Source of the DNA: Torpedo marmorata
Taxonomy: Eukaryota
Length of the DNA: 64,000 nt
Assembly (NCBI GenBank): GCA_977017645.1
Contig: OZ360231.1
Coordinates: 10,168,001-10,232,000 of the forward strand
Reading direction: 5' to 3'
Shown: in pieces, positions 11,440-25,311 of the stretch
How the letters are laid out: each line of letters starts with the position of its first letter
Position numbering within the stretch: position 1 is the first letter of the stretch
Program-made: the position numbers and the translations under genes
Notes under the pieces: generated by a model
What the model saw: only the letters and a program-made list of their open reading frames with translations
Told to the model about the DNA's origin: nothing
Databases searched by the model: none

Positions 11440-13193
11440 TTATACAGTGCAAACATTTATATAAACCACATTACAAAATAAATAAAAATAGTTCAAGAAA
11501 AAGAAAAAGACAAAGTAAGGTAGTGTCTATGGTTCATTGTCCATTCAGAAATCTGATGGCAGAGGGGAAGAAGCTGTCCTTGTGCCACTGGGTGCTTGTC
11601 TTCAGGCTCCTGTACTGCTCTTTCCTGATGGCAGCAGTGTGAAGAGGGCACGGCCTGGGTGATGGGTGTCTTTGAGGATAGAGGCTGCTTTCTTAAGACA
11701 CTTCCTCTAATAGATGTCCTCCATAGAATGAAGACTGGTGCCTATACCGAGTTAACAACTCTCTGGAGATTTTTCCTGTCCTGTGCATTGGCACCTCCAT
11801 ACCAGGCAGTGATGCAACCAGATAGAATGCTCTCCACGGTACACCTGTAGAAATTTTCGAGAGTCTTTGATGACATGACAAATTTCCTCAAACTCCTCAC
11901 GAAGTATAGCCACTGGCAAACCTTCTTCTTGGAGGCCCCAGGACAGAGCCTCAGAGATGTTGACACCCAGGAATCTGACGTTCTTGACCCTCTTTACTGC
12001 TGACTCCTCGATGAGGACTGGTTTGTGTTCTCCTGATTTCCTCCTGATGTCCAATCAGCTTCTTGGTTTTGCTAACGTTGAGTGAAAGGTTGTTGTTGTG
12101 ACGCCACTCAACTAGCTGATTTATCTCCCACCCCATTGATCATGGACGGCTCTACCGTTGAGGTCGTAAAGAGTACCAAGTTTCTTGGAGTGCACTTGGC
12201 GGAGAGTCTCAGCTGGTCCCTCAACACCAGTTGCATAGTCAAGAAAGCCCAGCAGCATCTTTACTTCCTGTGAAGGCTGAGAAAAGTTCATCTTCCACCC
12301 CCTATCCTTACTACATTCTACAGGGGATGTATTGAGAGTATTCTGAGCAATTGCATCACCGCTTGGTTTGGAAACTGTACCATCTCGGACCGAAAGACCC
12401 TGCAGAGGATAGTGAGGTCAGCGGAGAAAATTATTGGTGTCTCTCTCCCCACCATGACAGACATCTACAACACACGATGCATGAGGAAGGCCAAAAACAT
12501 TGTGAAGGACTTCTCACACCCCTTTTGTAAACTTTTTTCCCTTTTGCCATCTGGAAGGAGGTACCGAAGCACTCGGGCTCGCACGTCCAGACTGTGCAAC
12601 AGTTTTTTCCCCAGGCCATCAGGCTCCTCAATTCCTAGATATATATGTGTATTAGGATGTTATAGTTTTTCTATTGTATTATGATATTTATGTACATCTG
12701 CCCATGGTCCTGGAGAAAAGCTATCTCGTCTTACTGTGTATATGGTAATGAACGACAAATAAAGGTGACTTGACTTGACTTGACTTCCTCAATGCTGTCT
12801 CTGATTCTGCCGACGACCATAGTGTCATTGGCAAACATGTAGACGGCATTTGAATTGTGCCCAGTGACACAGTCATGGATGTAGTGAGTAGAGCAGTGGG
12901 TTAAAGACACATCCTTGAAGTGCGCCTGTGTTGATGGTCAGTGAGGAGGAGGCGTTGTTTCCAATTCGTACTGACTGTGGTCTACCGATGAGGATGTTAA
13001 GCATCCAGTTGCAGAGAGAAGTGCAGAGGCCCAGGTTTTGAAGCTTGCTGACCAGTACTGAGGGTATGATGGTGTTGAAAGCTGAGCTGAAGTCAATGAA
13101 AAGCAGCCTGATGTACATGTTGCTGTAGTCTAGGTTATCCAGAGCTAAGTGGAGAGTCAGTGATATTGAGTCTGCAGTGGAGTGATTGTGATA
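11440..13193 (-). mobile_element. Degenerate Rex1-like LINE containing a nested opposite-strand copy
   Basis: ORFs 12873..13118 and 11742..12054 are Rex1 RT fragments. Confidence 0.8.
12130..12785 (+). mobile_element. Rex1-like 3' fragment, (GACTT)n-tail subfamily
   Basis: Near-identical to 9800-10454; tail AATAAAGGTGACTTGACTTGACTT. Confidence 0.85.
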
Positions 13194-13731
13194 AAGATGG
13201 AGATAAAGAAGAAATTAAAGTTAGTGAGACAGGAAAAGAAGCTTATAACAATCCTTCAGATTTATATTAAGTTGGAATACAAAAAAATCCATTTGGGGAT
13301 ATGTTACAAGATCTGACAGAAGCATTGTGATGCAGTTAAAACCAGTATTTAGTGACATGGACCTTTGATCCAGTGACATGAATAAGTTTCAAACCCAGTA
13401 TTTCATCTGGAAGTTATAAATTCAATTAAATAAACCTGAAATTAAAATCCAAACCTCTGTAATGGCAATTGAAAAAAATTTTGGATTGTTATCTGGTTCA
13501 CTAAAATGCTTGAGGGAAGGGATCCTGTCATTATTACCCATCTAGCCAGTATGTGGCCCTTCAAAGTGATTGACTCTTAACTGCATCAAATAAAAGCTTT
13601 CTGACCCATTTCATTCTTGCAATCTTCAATTTCCACCATCTTCTGTTTCATTTCCGATTTCCAGTATCTGCAGTATTTAGCTTTGGTATCATAAAATAGA
13701 CTTGTTGGTTAAATAGAAGCACATGAAATTT

Positions 13732-13822
13732 CTGACGAAGGTCTCAGGCCCTAAACATTCACTGTCTCTTACTTCCTGTAAATGCTGCATGACTGCTGAG
13801 TTTCTCCAGCACTTTTGTGTAT
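13732..13822 (+). repeat. Penelope-derived terminal remnant with degenerate hammerhead core
   Basis: CTGACGAAGGTCTCAGGCCCTAAAC...TGCTGAGTTTCTCCAGCA, similar to 47652-47760. Confidence 0.6.
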
Positions 13823-13975
13823 TCTATGAAATTAAAGTGATGGTGGTTGTGTGAATACATCATTAATTAAAGGGCAGAAATCAGAAGGTAGTGATAATAT
13901 TCTTTTTTACAGACATGGACTATTGTGTAGTTGTGTTCTCAGAGATAAGGTTTTGAAATCACTGCTTCTTCTTGG

Positions 13976-16900
13976 AAAATTAGAAACATAGGGGCAGGAG
14001 TAGGCCATTCATCCCTTTGAGCATGCTCTGTCACTCAATATGATCACAGCTGATTCTTAAAACACAATACAATTTTCCTACATGGGCACCCACCCCATTT
14101 CTTCCCATCCCAGTCCTAAATGTCTTATTCCATATTTAGAGCTCTCTTGTTATAGACCACCCCAGGCAGTGGAAACATTCTCCCTGTATCCATTATATTC
14201 AAGTCTGTCAGAAATTTGTACTTTCAATGAGATCACCTCTCATTCCTCTCAACTCCAGTGAGTACAGACCTAATCAATCCAATCACTCCCCATATGACAG
14301 TCCTATCATGTCAGGAATCATTCTGATGAACCTTCATGCATTCACTCTGTGGTAAATAAATCCTTTGTTAGATAAAGAGACTACAACCTCACATAAAGCT
14401 GCAGGTGTACTGCCATCAAATTCTTGTCTTCCTCTACAGAAAGACATCTTTGTTCCTGTATTCAAAGCATCTTGCGGAAGGGTAAATTGTATTAAAATGA
14501 ATATTTTTCCAAGAGTTCAATATCTTTTTCAATCAATTCCTTTTGGAATTCCTCAAAAATTTTTTAAAGATTTAAACTTTATTGTTAGGAAATTTTTGTG
14601 GAAAGGAAAGTTAGCAGGAGTAAGTATGGAAAAATTAACTTGGAACTATGAGTTAGGAGGATTGCAACTTCCTAATTTTCAAAATTATTATAAAGCAGCT
14701 CAATTAAAATTTGTTAATGAATTTTTTGATTCAAATAAAACGTCAGCTTGGATTAAAATAGAATTAAATAATATAGGAGAGAGTTTTAAAGAAGAGATTA
14801 TCTATAAATGGGATTCTAAATTAATATCAGTAAAAAAGAAAAATTCACCGATTATCAAACATTTGTTAGAAATATGGGGTAAGTTGGATAAAGAGATAGG
14901 TGGAAGAGGGTTAATTTCTTCAAATATGCCTTTATATCAAAATGGACTTATTCCATTTACTATTAACAATCAGTTATTTAGAATTTGGTTTCAAAAAGGT
15001 ATTAAGAAGATTAATGATTGTTTTGAAGCTGGAAGATTTATTACGTTTCAAAGAATGAAAGATAAATTTAATATATTAGATAATACATTTTTAGCTTATT
15101 ATCAAGTTAAAACTTTTTTAATTGAGAAATTAGGTCATGCTTTGATTTTACCAAGACAAAATGAATTAGAACTATTAGTCACTAATGGAGAAGTTAATAA
15201 GTTTATTTCTCAAATGTATAAATTGTTTCAAAGGAAAATGCCTAAAGCAGGAATTCATAAATCAAGATTAAAGTGGGAATTAGATTTGAATATACGAATA
15301 GATGAGAATCATTGGAAAGAATTATGTAAATTAAGTATGACGAAGATTATTAATGTTAGATATAGATTAGTACAATACAATTTTTTTCATCAATTATATT
15401 TAACACCTAAAAAATTAAAGAAATTTAATCCGACACTATCAGGTTTATGTTTTAGATGTAATAGTGAGGAAGGTTCTTTTGTACACTCCACATGGTTTTG
15501 TCCAAAGATTCAAGATTTTTGGTTGAAAGTTAAAACTTTTTTAGATAAAGTATTTAATATTACATTCCCAATGGATCCTATGTTATTCTTATTTGGAGAT
15601 ATTAGAAAATTTAGTATTAAAAAGAAATTAAATATGTTTCAAGTAGAATTTTTACGAATTGCTTTAGCAGTTTCAAAAAAATGCATTGCTATTACTTGGA
15701 AATCTGATTTAGATTTAGGATTAGAAAGATGGCATGCAGAACTCCGTTCGTGTATACCACTGGAAAAAATTACTTATAATTTACGTAATAAATATCATTT
15801 TTTTTTGAAAATTTGGAGCCCATATATGAGAGCTGTGAGCTTAAGGATTTGAAGATCTCTAGATATCGGATCTGCTGGCAAATTTGACCTCCGTAATAGA
15901 TTTAGTTTATAGATGATATTCCCCTCATTCTATTTTTTCTTTTCTTTCTTTTTTACTATTTTTATTTTTTATTGTTACTTTATTATTAGATTAGTGGGGA
16001 TGGGGGGGTTAGGGAAGGGAGGGAGGGGGGGCGAAAATATATCACATGTATTTTGATAATTTTATATTTTACTCAATGTATTTTGTGATTTAAAAGTTTA
16101 AATAAAATAAAAAAAAAAAAAAAAAAAAAAGCATCTTGCAGTGAAGGCCAACATACCACTTGTCTTCTTACCTACTTGTTGCACGTGTGTTTGCTTTTGG
16201 TGACTGGTGCACGAGACACCGAGGTCCCTTTTCAAATGAATAATACTCCAATCTCTTAGAATTTAAATAACACTACATTTCTGTATTTTCTGCCGTGGTG
16301 GATAATTTCACATTTTATCCATGCTGTACTACATTTACCATGTATTTGTCTAAATTGCCTTGAAATCTCTTCATGTCCTCCACATAACTTTCAATCCCAA
16401 CCAGTTTTATGTCATTGGCAAACATTTGGTGCCCTCACTAAATTATTGATGTATAATTTGAATAGCTGGGGCACACCACTGGTCCTTGCAATACCCCACT
16501 GGTCACCACCTGCCTTTCTGAGAAAGCCCTATTTATTCTCACTCTGTATCCTATCTGTCAACACATTTGCAGCCCATGCTGGTATATTATTCCCAATCTC
16601 AGCTGCTCTAATTTTTCACACTATTCTTTTATGTACGACGTTATCAAAGGCTTTCTGAAAATCCAAATACGCCACATGCATTTACATCTTTGAAACCTTC
16701 CACAAAGGCAAATTACTTTCATAAATCCATGTTAACTTTGTTTGATCTGGTTGACAGTTTCTAAGTGTTCTATTATCACATTCTTTATAAAAGACACGAA
16801 AATTGTCCCTGCTACTGATGTGAAAGTAATCAATTTGTAATTGTTTTCTTCCTTGCTCCTTCTATAAATGGTGGTGTTACATTTGCCACACTCCAACCTG

Positions 16901-17160
16901 CAAGAAATCTCCCATACTCGATAGAACATTCTAAATGATAAAGCATGTAATAATATATAGGATGACAACTGATGGACCCACTTTTTCTATGGCTACCTCT
17001 TTAGGTACTCTGAGATGATCATCATGCTCATTAAGCATCTGTCAGTGCCATTGATTTCTCCAGCACCATTTTTTCACATACCAATTTATTTTAATTTTTA
17101 CTGTTCAATGGACTCTTGGTTCCCTTGCATTTCTGGGAAGTTACTCGTGTTCCTTTCTGT
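13976..17160 (-). mobile_element. Old CR1-type LINE split by the L1 insertion at 14476-16130
   Basis: AGAAACATAGG..GGAGTAGGCCATTC 3' end; ORF 16732..16968 remnant resembles NYRP-VSLTSV-GK..IKQSQ; sequence is continuous across the L1 TSD. Confidence 0.65.
14476..16130 (+). mobile_element. 5'-truncated AT-rich L1-clade LINE (ORF2 C-terminus, 3'UTR, polyA)
   Basis: GRVNCIKMN, GGLQLPN, CFRC..H..W.C; G-rich tract, AATAAA and polyA; TSD AAAGCATCTTGC at 14464-14475 and 16128-16139. Confidence 0.93.
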
Positions 17161-17178
17161 AAAGAGAGAACCAAAGTA

Positions 17179-17641
17179 CAGATAGACCCCGACTTACAAT
17201 GTTCCGACTTACGATATTTCGAAGTTATGATGATCAGAATCCGTTTTGAATAAAGGTAAGTTGGTGTCTACCTGTATTAACGTGGTTGCTTTTCCTTCTC
17301 TGAAGGAAATGCTTCCGTCCAATCAGCGCACGCAGATCGCTTCCCACCGCCACCACCCCCCCTAAACGTCATCATTTTGGTGCTCCTCTTGTAGTGACGT
17401 CAAGGAAACGTGCTTTGTCGGAACCATCGCCGTTTTTAAAAAAAAGGTGATTTGGAACGCATGCGCAGATTGCCATCGCTGGGGAGGGAGAGAGAGATTG
17501 AAGAGGGAGAGAGAGCGATGGCAATCTGCGCATGCGTTCCAAATCACAACGTAGGTCGCAAAGTGACGCCGCTGCCCCTAGTTACCAGGCGCCATGTCGG
17601 TCTCCCGCTGCTGCCGGGAGGCCGACATCCCCGCTCCTGCC
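17179..17641. mobile_element. Tigger-like non-autonomous fragment with one TIR
   Basis: TA-CAGATAGACCCCGACTTACAATGTTCCGACTTACGA resembles a Tigger/MER TIR; no matching right TIR; flanked by a 16-bp direct repeat. Confidence 0.6.
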
Positions 17642-18023
17642 GAGAGAACCAAAGTACGTATTGTTCAACTGTGCTGACAATTTGTTCCTCATTGGAAGTT
17701 CTCCCATCTCTGCGGTTTCTGACTGGTATTAATGACCCAGACTTGGGTATACAGTGCATAATTTCTAAAATGGCACATGACAATATAATGCCCATTGAGG
17801 AAGACAACAGCAGATTCCAGGCAGAGATAGTTTGAATAAACAGATGGACATGTGGCACATTAAATATAATGAAAGGAAGGCTGAAGTAATTTTGGTGGAA
17901 TGAATGAGAGGTAGTATTAACTAAATGCTTCAAATTTAAAGGGGAAACAGGAATAAATTTATACAAACCTGGGGAAGTTGAGAAAGCTGTTTAAAATAGA
18001 TTATTGACATTAACATAAAAGGA

Positions 18024-18363
18024 AGTTCACTCCATTGAGGACATCTACAAGAGGCAGAGTCTTAATAAAGCAGCCTCTCTCCTCAAGGACCCCACCACCC
18101 AGGCTATGCCTTCTTCACTCTGCTACCATCGGGAAAAAGGTACAGGAGCCTAAAGACGAGCACTCAGTGGCACAAGGACAGCTTCTTCCCCACTGCCGTC
18201 AGATTCCTGAATAATCAATGAACCAAAGACACTGCCTTACTTTGACTTTTCGTGCACTTTTATTTATTTTTGTAAGGTGGTTTATATGAATGTTTGGACT
18301 GTGATGCTGCTGCAAAACAATGAAATTTGTGACTTATTTATGACAATAAATTCTGATTCTGAT
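18024..18363 (+). mobile_element. Rex1 3' fragment, (ATTCTG)n tail
   Basis: Matches 9265-9619. Confidence 0.85.
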
Positions 18364-19819
18364 GGGATTCTTATATATGGAAGAATTAGAGACAGTGAGG
18401 TTGTTTATTGTAAACCAGAAACAATGAGAGAGATTTGAAAGTGTATTCAACATGTTGACAGTTTTTTGATAAAGGAAATAGGATAAATGTTTCCAGTGGC
18501 GTTGGAAGTAGATTTAATGTAACAGGCTAAAGGAATGGAGGTGACATAGATTTACTTTGCGAGTTGTTACAATCGCAAACTTACGGCCCAAAACAGTGGT
18601 GGAAAAAGATTCAGTAATATCATTCAAAAGGGAATTGAGTAAACTTTTGAAGGAAGAAAAGGTGTAGAAACTAAGAGATAAAAAGCAGACGAGTGAATTA
18701 ATTGTGTGGCTTTGTGAGCCAACGTAAGCAGGATAATCAAATGGATCCCCAGGACGTTCAGATGAAAGTTCATTGAACTGAAACACTAGTTCTGTTTTTA
18801 TTTCGACAAATGCTGAACTGTTCCAGTGTATTTTGTTCCTATTCAATAGGGAGGAAGCTTTTTAAAATATTTCTAGATGCAAGAAACCTGCGTCTGAAAT
18901 TTTACAAGTGAGAGAAAATGCTAACTGTGTCATCTTTCCTATTTTGTTTATCCTATTATTCTATAGTTACTTCTCTAATTTAATCTTGGAAACTGATGTT
19001 CTTTCTGCCTTAACCACTAATGCTGGGAGTAAATTCCATAGCCTCATGCATCACAGTTTTCTTTTTCTGCTATATATACCTGACATTTATTCCTGTATCC
19101 ACTATCTTATTCTAAAATCCTTAAAAACAGCATCTTTTATCCGTCCATCTGCTTATAATATTAAACATTTACATGCCACTTCAAAATGCTACCCCACCAG
19201 TTCTTTGCATTTCATTATACTTGGCAGCATCCTACTGAATCTGCATTGCTCTTTCTAGAAAACCTCAATAAGAACAATAGAATTGTTACTGACAGATGGC
19301 TTCTTTAACTTTAAATATACATGATCAGATAAAGAATGATGTATTTTTTATCATCCAGAAATAATTTCAGAATAAATATCTATTATAATTGAATTAGAAA
19401 CTACAATAGCTGAATGCACATTTGTATTAGACTGTGATCTATCCAAATTAAACTTGCAAAATGACTTGCTTGGTTTCACTTCATTTCAAATGCATTGTAC
19501 CCATGTATTCTGTTTCCTTTTGTTTGTACTGTAAATATAGGAACAGAAGTCAGATATTCAGTTCCCCCACAATTGTTCCACCTTTCAAATAGATGCAACT
19601 CAACTTCATTTATTTTAGAAGTATTTTGTTTGCTTTTGGCATTGTTGCCCAAAGCCAGCATATATTGGCCACACTTTTGCTTTACTCAAGTGGTGTGCCT
19701 TCTTCCTGAATTACTGGTAGCAGTTTGTATGATGTGGATACAACTAGATTTCTTACTAGGTCACTTCAGAGAGACGTTAAGAAGCAAAGGACTTCAATGA
19801 GACAACATTCACATATAGC

Positions 19820-21295
19820 ATCAGAATTTATTGTCATGAACAAGTCATGAAATTCGGTGTTTTGCGGCAGCATCATAGTGCAAACATTCACATTATAACC
19901 ATCTTACGACATTACTATAAAAAAAAAATGTAAATAATAGTGCACGAAAAGTAAGGCAGTGTCTTTGGTTCATTGATTATTCAGGAATCTGATGATAGCA
20001 GGGAAGAAGCTGTCCTTGTGCCGTTGAGTGCTCGTCTTTAGGCTCCTGTACCTTTTTCCCGATGGTAGCAGAGTGAAGAGGGCATGGCCTGGGCGGTGGG
20101 GGTCTTTGAGGACAGAGGCTGCTTTTTTAAGACACCGCCTCATGTAGATGTCCTCGATGGAGTGAGGTTTGGTGCCTGTGGTGTCACAGGCCGAGTTAAC
20201 AACCCTCTGGAGTTTATTCTTGTCCTAAGAGTTGGCGCCTTCATACCAGGCAGTAATGCAACCAGCCAGAATGCTCTCCACGGTACACCTGTAGAAGTTT
20301 ACGAGAGTCTTCGGTGACATACTGAATCTCCTCAGACACCTCACAAAGTATAGCCACTGGCGAGCCTTCTTTGTGATTGCATCAACGTGGAGGCTCCAGG
20401 ACAGATCCTCGGAGATGTTGACACCCATGAATTTGAAGTTCTTGACCCTCTCCACTACTGAGCCCTCGATCAGGACTAGGTCGTGTTCCCCTGACTTCCT
20501 CCTGAAGTCCACAATCATCTACTTGGTTTTACTGACGTTGAGTGCATGGTTGTTGTCGTTACACCATTCAACGATCTATCTCCCTCCTGTACGCTTCCTC
20601 ATTGCCGTTTGTGATTCTGCCGACAACTGTGGTGTCATCGGCAAACTTGTAGATGGCATTGGAATTGTGCCTGGCCACACAGTCATGGGTATATAACGAG
20701 TAGAGCAGTGGGCTAAGCACGCATCCTTGGGGTGCGCCTGTGTTGATAATCAGTGAGGAGGAGACGTTGTTTCCAATCCGTATTGACTGTGGTCTTCCAA
20801 TGAGAAAGTCAAGGGTCCAGTTGCAGAGGTGGGTACAGAGGCCTAGAGTTTGTAGCTTCTTGACCAGCACTGAGGGAATAATGGTATTGAAGGCTGAGCT
20901 GTAGTTGATGAAGAGCAGCCGTATGTATGAATTGCTGTTTTCGAGGTGATCCAGAGCTGAGTGGAGAGCCAGCGATATTGTATCTGCTGTGGAGCGATTG
21001 TGGCGATAGGCGAATTGCAGTGGGTCCAGATCTTTGCTTAGGTACGTGTTAATTCTGGCCATGACCAGCCTCTCAAAGCATTTCATCACAGTAGAAGTTA
21101 GTGCTACTGGGCGGTAGTCGTTGAGGCAACTCACACTACTCTTCTTGGGTACTGGGATGATTGATGCCCTTTTGAAGCAGGTGGGAACCTCTGACTGCCG
21201 CAATGAGAGGTTGAGAATGTCCGTGAACACTCCGGCTAGTTGGTTGGAGCAGAATATCAGTACCTTGCCAGGTACGCCATCCGGGCCCGACGCCA
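19820..21295 (-). mobile_element. Rex1/Babar LINE, 5'-truncated and frameshifted
   Basis: ORFs 20568..21296 and 20225..20518 near-identical to the 7283..9463 protein; 3'UTR with AATAAA. Confidence 0.9.
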
Positions 21296-21469
21296 AGTTA
21301 AGGATACCTCATCCCTTTCCCTAAAGGACACGAGTAAAACTAGTTGGGCATTTATAACAATCTAATAGCTTGATGTTCACATTTATTATCAGTTTTTTAT
21401 GCAGATAAATTGAATTTAAATTCTCAAACCGGAATGATAGCATTATTGCATCTCACTATTTACCTATTA

Positions 21470-22335
21470 GACACGACAGTAGTTGGCCTCTTCAACAACA
21501 ACGATGAGTTGCATTACAGAGAAGAGGCGAAAAATCTTGTGAAATGGTGTGAGAATAACAACCTGAATCTCAATGTGGACAAGACAAAGGAGATGATTGT
21601 GGACTTCAGGACAACCAGGGTCATCGACCCTCCACTACGCATTAATAGATTGGTAGTGGAGAGAGTAGAGAGCATAATTCCTTGGAGTCTACTTAAGTAG
21701 TGACCTATCCTGGACACACAACGTCTCCTCACTTGTCAGGAAGACGCAACAGCGACTGTACTTCCTGAGAAGACTGAGGCAAGCAAGGCTACCGGCCACC
21801 ATCCTATCGACTTTCTACAGGAGCTCTATCCTGGCCGGTTGCATCACAGTGTGGTACGGTTGCGGTAGAGCACTGGATCAGAGGTCAATCCACAGGACCA
21901 CAAGAGCGGCAGACAGGATCACTGACGTCCTCCCCCACCCACCCCCCCCAACCCCAATCAACGTGATCTACCGGGATCAATGTCTGAACAGGGCTCGCAA
22001 AATCGTTAAGGACCCCTACCACTCCGCACATAGCATCTTTCGGGTAAGAGATACAGAAGTATCACAGCCAGAAACACCAGGCTGAGAAACAGCTTCTTCC
22101 CATGGGCAGCGAGACTGCTGAATGAATGATGAACTGTTCATACAAACCCTTTGAGACTCTACTATTTATTTAACAATGTTTATTTATTTTTATATATGCA
22201 CTGCATATGAATCGTTTGTCTGTATGTGTGCTATGTCTGCAGGTGTGTTTGCATGTTTTTGCACCGAGGACCGAAGAACTTTGTTTTGTCCAGCAGTACT
22301 TATATAATCGGATGATAATAAACTTGAACTTGAAC
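21470..22335 (+). mobile_element. Rex1-like LINE 3' part, (AACTTG)n-tail subfamily
   Basis: [21 protein letters not shown]; tail AATAAACTTGAACTTGAAC. Confidence 0.8.
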
Positions 22336-23879
22336 CTGTAAGAGGACCATTTTCTTGATAAAAGTTCCACATAAAGTCAGCCGTTCTAAGTTCTGGATGC
22401 TCCACATGCTTTTGGAAACTCCAGGCATGGGCAGAAAAATTCTGTCTTCAGCCACTTGCTCATAAACTAGCATGTTCAGTAGCAGCTGTGACTTGAACCC
22501 GAGTTGCTGGTGCAGTTCGACAGTTGCATTACCTGCATCCCCATTCTCCTTCCTTAATTCCAAACATCTTCAATGCATATAGCATCCAGGACAGCAGTCA
22601 GACTGGAGTTCATATTAGAATTTCACATTAAGGACACCATCTCCAACAATTCTCAAAAGGCGTTTTGACAAATAAATGAATTGGAAAGGTTTAGAGGGGT
22701 ACAGGCTGAATGCAGCCAAATGGGATTAGCTTGGTCAGCATGGATAGGTTGGGCCAAAGGGCCTGATTCCATGCTTTTGAACTCTATGACTCTAAGAGGT
22801 TTAAATGTACAAAATCACACCCTCTGGAAAGCCAGGTTGGTAATTTAAATATGATAATTGCTCAGTAAGATTGATCTTAACAGCAATTTTCAAATTTAAA
22901 CTCAAGATGCAGAAATTTCTTCGGCTTCCTAGAATTCACAAGTAAAATTATGGCAACACCTAATGGCATTGGACAGGGCTGAAGAGCTGACAAGTAAATC
23001 TAGCAATAAACCCTATAGACACAGCTGTTTTCTCAAGTGTCTGTGAAGGCACTCGTATCATTCTGGCAGCTGTTCTATCAATTCTGTGGGACCAAGAGCA
23101 TCACAAGAGCCTTAAGAATAGTAGAAGGCTTCAACTACCTGCAGTTGCACACAAAGAGGAAAATATACGAGCTACAGTTCTCAGGAGACCACACTCAGTT
23201 TTCATAACATCTCCGAACAACATGTCAATGGAGACCCCAAGTATAATGGCCCGTATTGGTTGTACTTTGCAGGATTTAGAGCAAGACCTGCTTCCTGATG
23301 GGCATGCTCTACAGAAAATGTCCACCACACTCAATTTCTATGTGAGAGATGCCTTGTTTTCAAGAGCTCTGAACTACAATTACAACAATACCAAAAAAAC
23401 TAGTTCAAGTTAGTGGGCATTTGGATTTTGAATTTTGGTTGGCTTGCCATATGCAGAATGTAATACTGCAGAAGCATACACATGGCTCTCAAGGCACTCC
23501 TGGATTATGCAAGGAAATTCATTAATCAAATGAATTCCTGGAGCAATATCCTTGGGCTGGAATGATGATTGACTGCCGACAATAATAGGTCATCGCAGCC
23601 TTGGTCCAAATATGGATGAAAATGTTGAATCCCAAAGTTGAGCTGAGAGCCATCAAAACAGCACTTGATGGATAATGACATTGGAGATCCCTAATAAAAC
23701 AGGTCAGTGGGAGCTGACTGATCCCATGACACCCAAAATGAGCTTTGATGAGCAATTCATTGGCTGGAGATGTGTTACTTCTGGACCTGAAGTCCTCGGT
23801 GCTACAATTTGGATACTTCCAATTGAATAAGATCAATTTTGATAAGGTCCTGTATGCACTTATTGGATTAAGTGAACTA

Positions 23880-24180
23880 GTGGATGTAACCTCAAGATTT
23901 TGGGGAGTAGATTTAAGACAGATACAAGGAGGAACTGCTTCTCTCAGAGAGTAGTGAAACTGTGGAATTCTCAGCCTAAGGAAGCAGTACAGGCTGTCTC
24001 ATTAAATGTATTTAAGGCAAAAATAGATAGATTTTTGATGAATGGGGGAATGAAGGGTTATGGGAACAGGCAGGAAAGTGGAGCTGAGTCGACACCCAGA
24101 TCAGCCATCTTATTGAATGGTGGAGCAGGCTCGACGGGCCAGATGGCCTGCTCATTCTCCTATTTCTTATATTATGTTAG
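23880..24180 (+). mobile_element. CR1 LINE 3' end
   Basis: ORF 23900..24193 FSQRVVKLWNS.P...FKAKIDRFL. Confidence 0.8.
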
Positions 24181-24407
24181 TTATGACTCATGAATGATCC
24201 ATTGTAACACTGTATCAGTTTTCAGCCATCCATTGATGTTACAGGGATGGTTAGGATGTTCCTTATTTTTGTGCTACTGTAGATGAAGTGCCAGTGTTGA
24301 TGGCTTTACACATTGAACCCCGTGTCAATCAGATGGCAATTAAAATCTGCTCAATAGAGTCAAAGGGTAACAGACTTCGCTGGTACAGTTCTAGCCTAAT
24401 TACCGCA

Positions 24408-24650
24408 TTGGCAAGGTTGGCGTAGCGGTTAGCGCAACGCCTTTACAGCGCCAGCGATCGGGACCGGGGTTCGAATCCCACGCTCTCTGTAAGGAGTTTG
24501 TACGTTCTCCCCGTGTCTGCGTGGGTTTTCCCCAGGGGCTCCGGTTTCCTCCCACCGTTCAAAAACGTACTGGGGGTTGTAGGTCAATTGGGTGTAATTG
24601 GGCGGCTGTTACCGTGCTGTATGTCTAAATTAAAAAATTAAATTAAAAAA
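24408..24650 (+). mobile_element. tRNA-derived V-SINE (HE1-like)
   Basis: TGGCGTAGCGG A box, GGTTCGAATCC B box, V-core, A-rich tail; same family as 5699. Confidence 0.85.
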
Positions 24651-25174
24651 ACATAGTAATTAATATGAAGAAAAATATACTTTGCATAACTGTGTAAAAA
24701 TAGAAAAAGGAATGTTTTGGAAAAATTCAAGGAAGAATAGAAGTCTAGTGAGTAATTGGAAAATTAAATCTGTTAGGGTTTTTGCAATAGCAACGTTCAG
24801 TAAAATAAGAATGTCCATACATTCTCCCGTTGGCAAGTCTCATTTCCTGTGCATGCTCTGATCTTTGAATTCAAAACTGTTGACAGATAAAGAACTAAAT
24901 GCTGCCATGAGGACTAAAAAAATACTGGAAGACCTACAGTGTTCCAACACATGTCTCCAAAATATTAACCTATATTTCAAGTTCATTCATCTAATCTTAT
25001 TTTGCAGTGCAAAATGCCATTGCTTTGATACTTGGGAAAGTGAATGCTGAAAGTTTAATGTCAATTAACAATTTCAATCACACACTCAAAACTTAATTTT
25101 AAAATGACAATTTCATGATTAGTGCACTCTGAAATGTTAATATTAGATACTATAAGACATCTGAACCACCTTAC

Positions 25175-25311
25175 CCAACAGGTAGAATTGAAACAATGCA
25201 GAAAGAAATGTTAAAAATTCTCAGGTTGGTCAATTTCTCAATATCAGGGGAAATCTCTGTAATTGGATTGTCCCTTAGGTTCAGCATTTCGAGGCAGGAG
25301 AATTGATAGAT
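25175..25311 (-). CDS. LRRC63: LRRC63-like coding exon, 137 nt, phase 0-2: IYQFSCLEMLNLRDNPITEISPDIEKLTNLRIFNISFCIVSILPV(G)
   Basis: ttccttaAG acceptor at 25312-25313, GTAAGG donor; two LRR units; resembles recalled LRRC63 ILCLKNLQILKLRNNPIKEIPSEIQQLEFLRIFTIAFNLITVLPIG. Confidence 0.9.

Noticed and set aside
14365-14475. N-terminus of the 495-aa ORF
   Set aside because: Lies outside the L1 TSD in antisense CR1 sequence; fortuitous extension
22800-24400. Very old LINE RT remnants or extra host exons
   Set aside because: Too degenerate to delimit; exon 25175 already splices in phase to 6124 as expected for LRRC63
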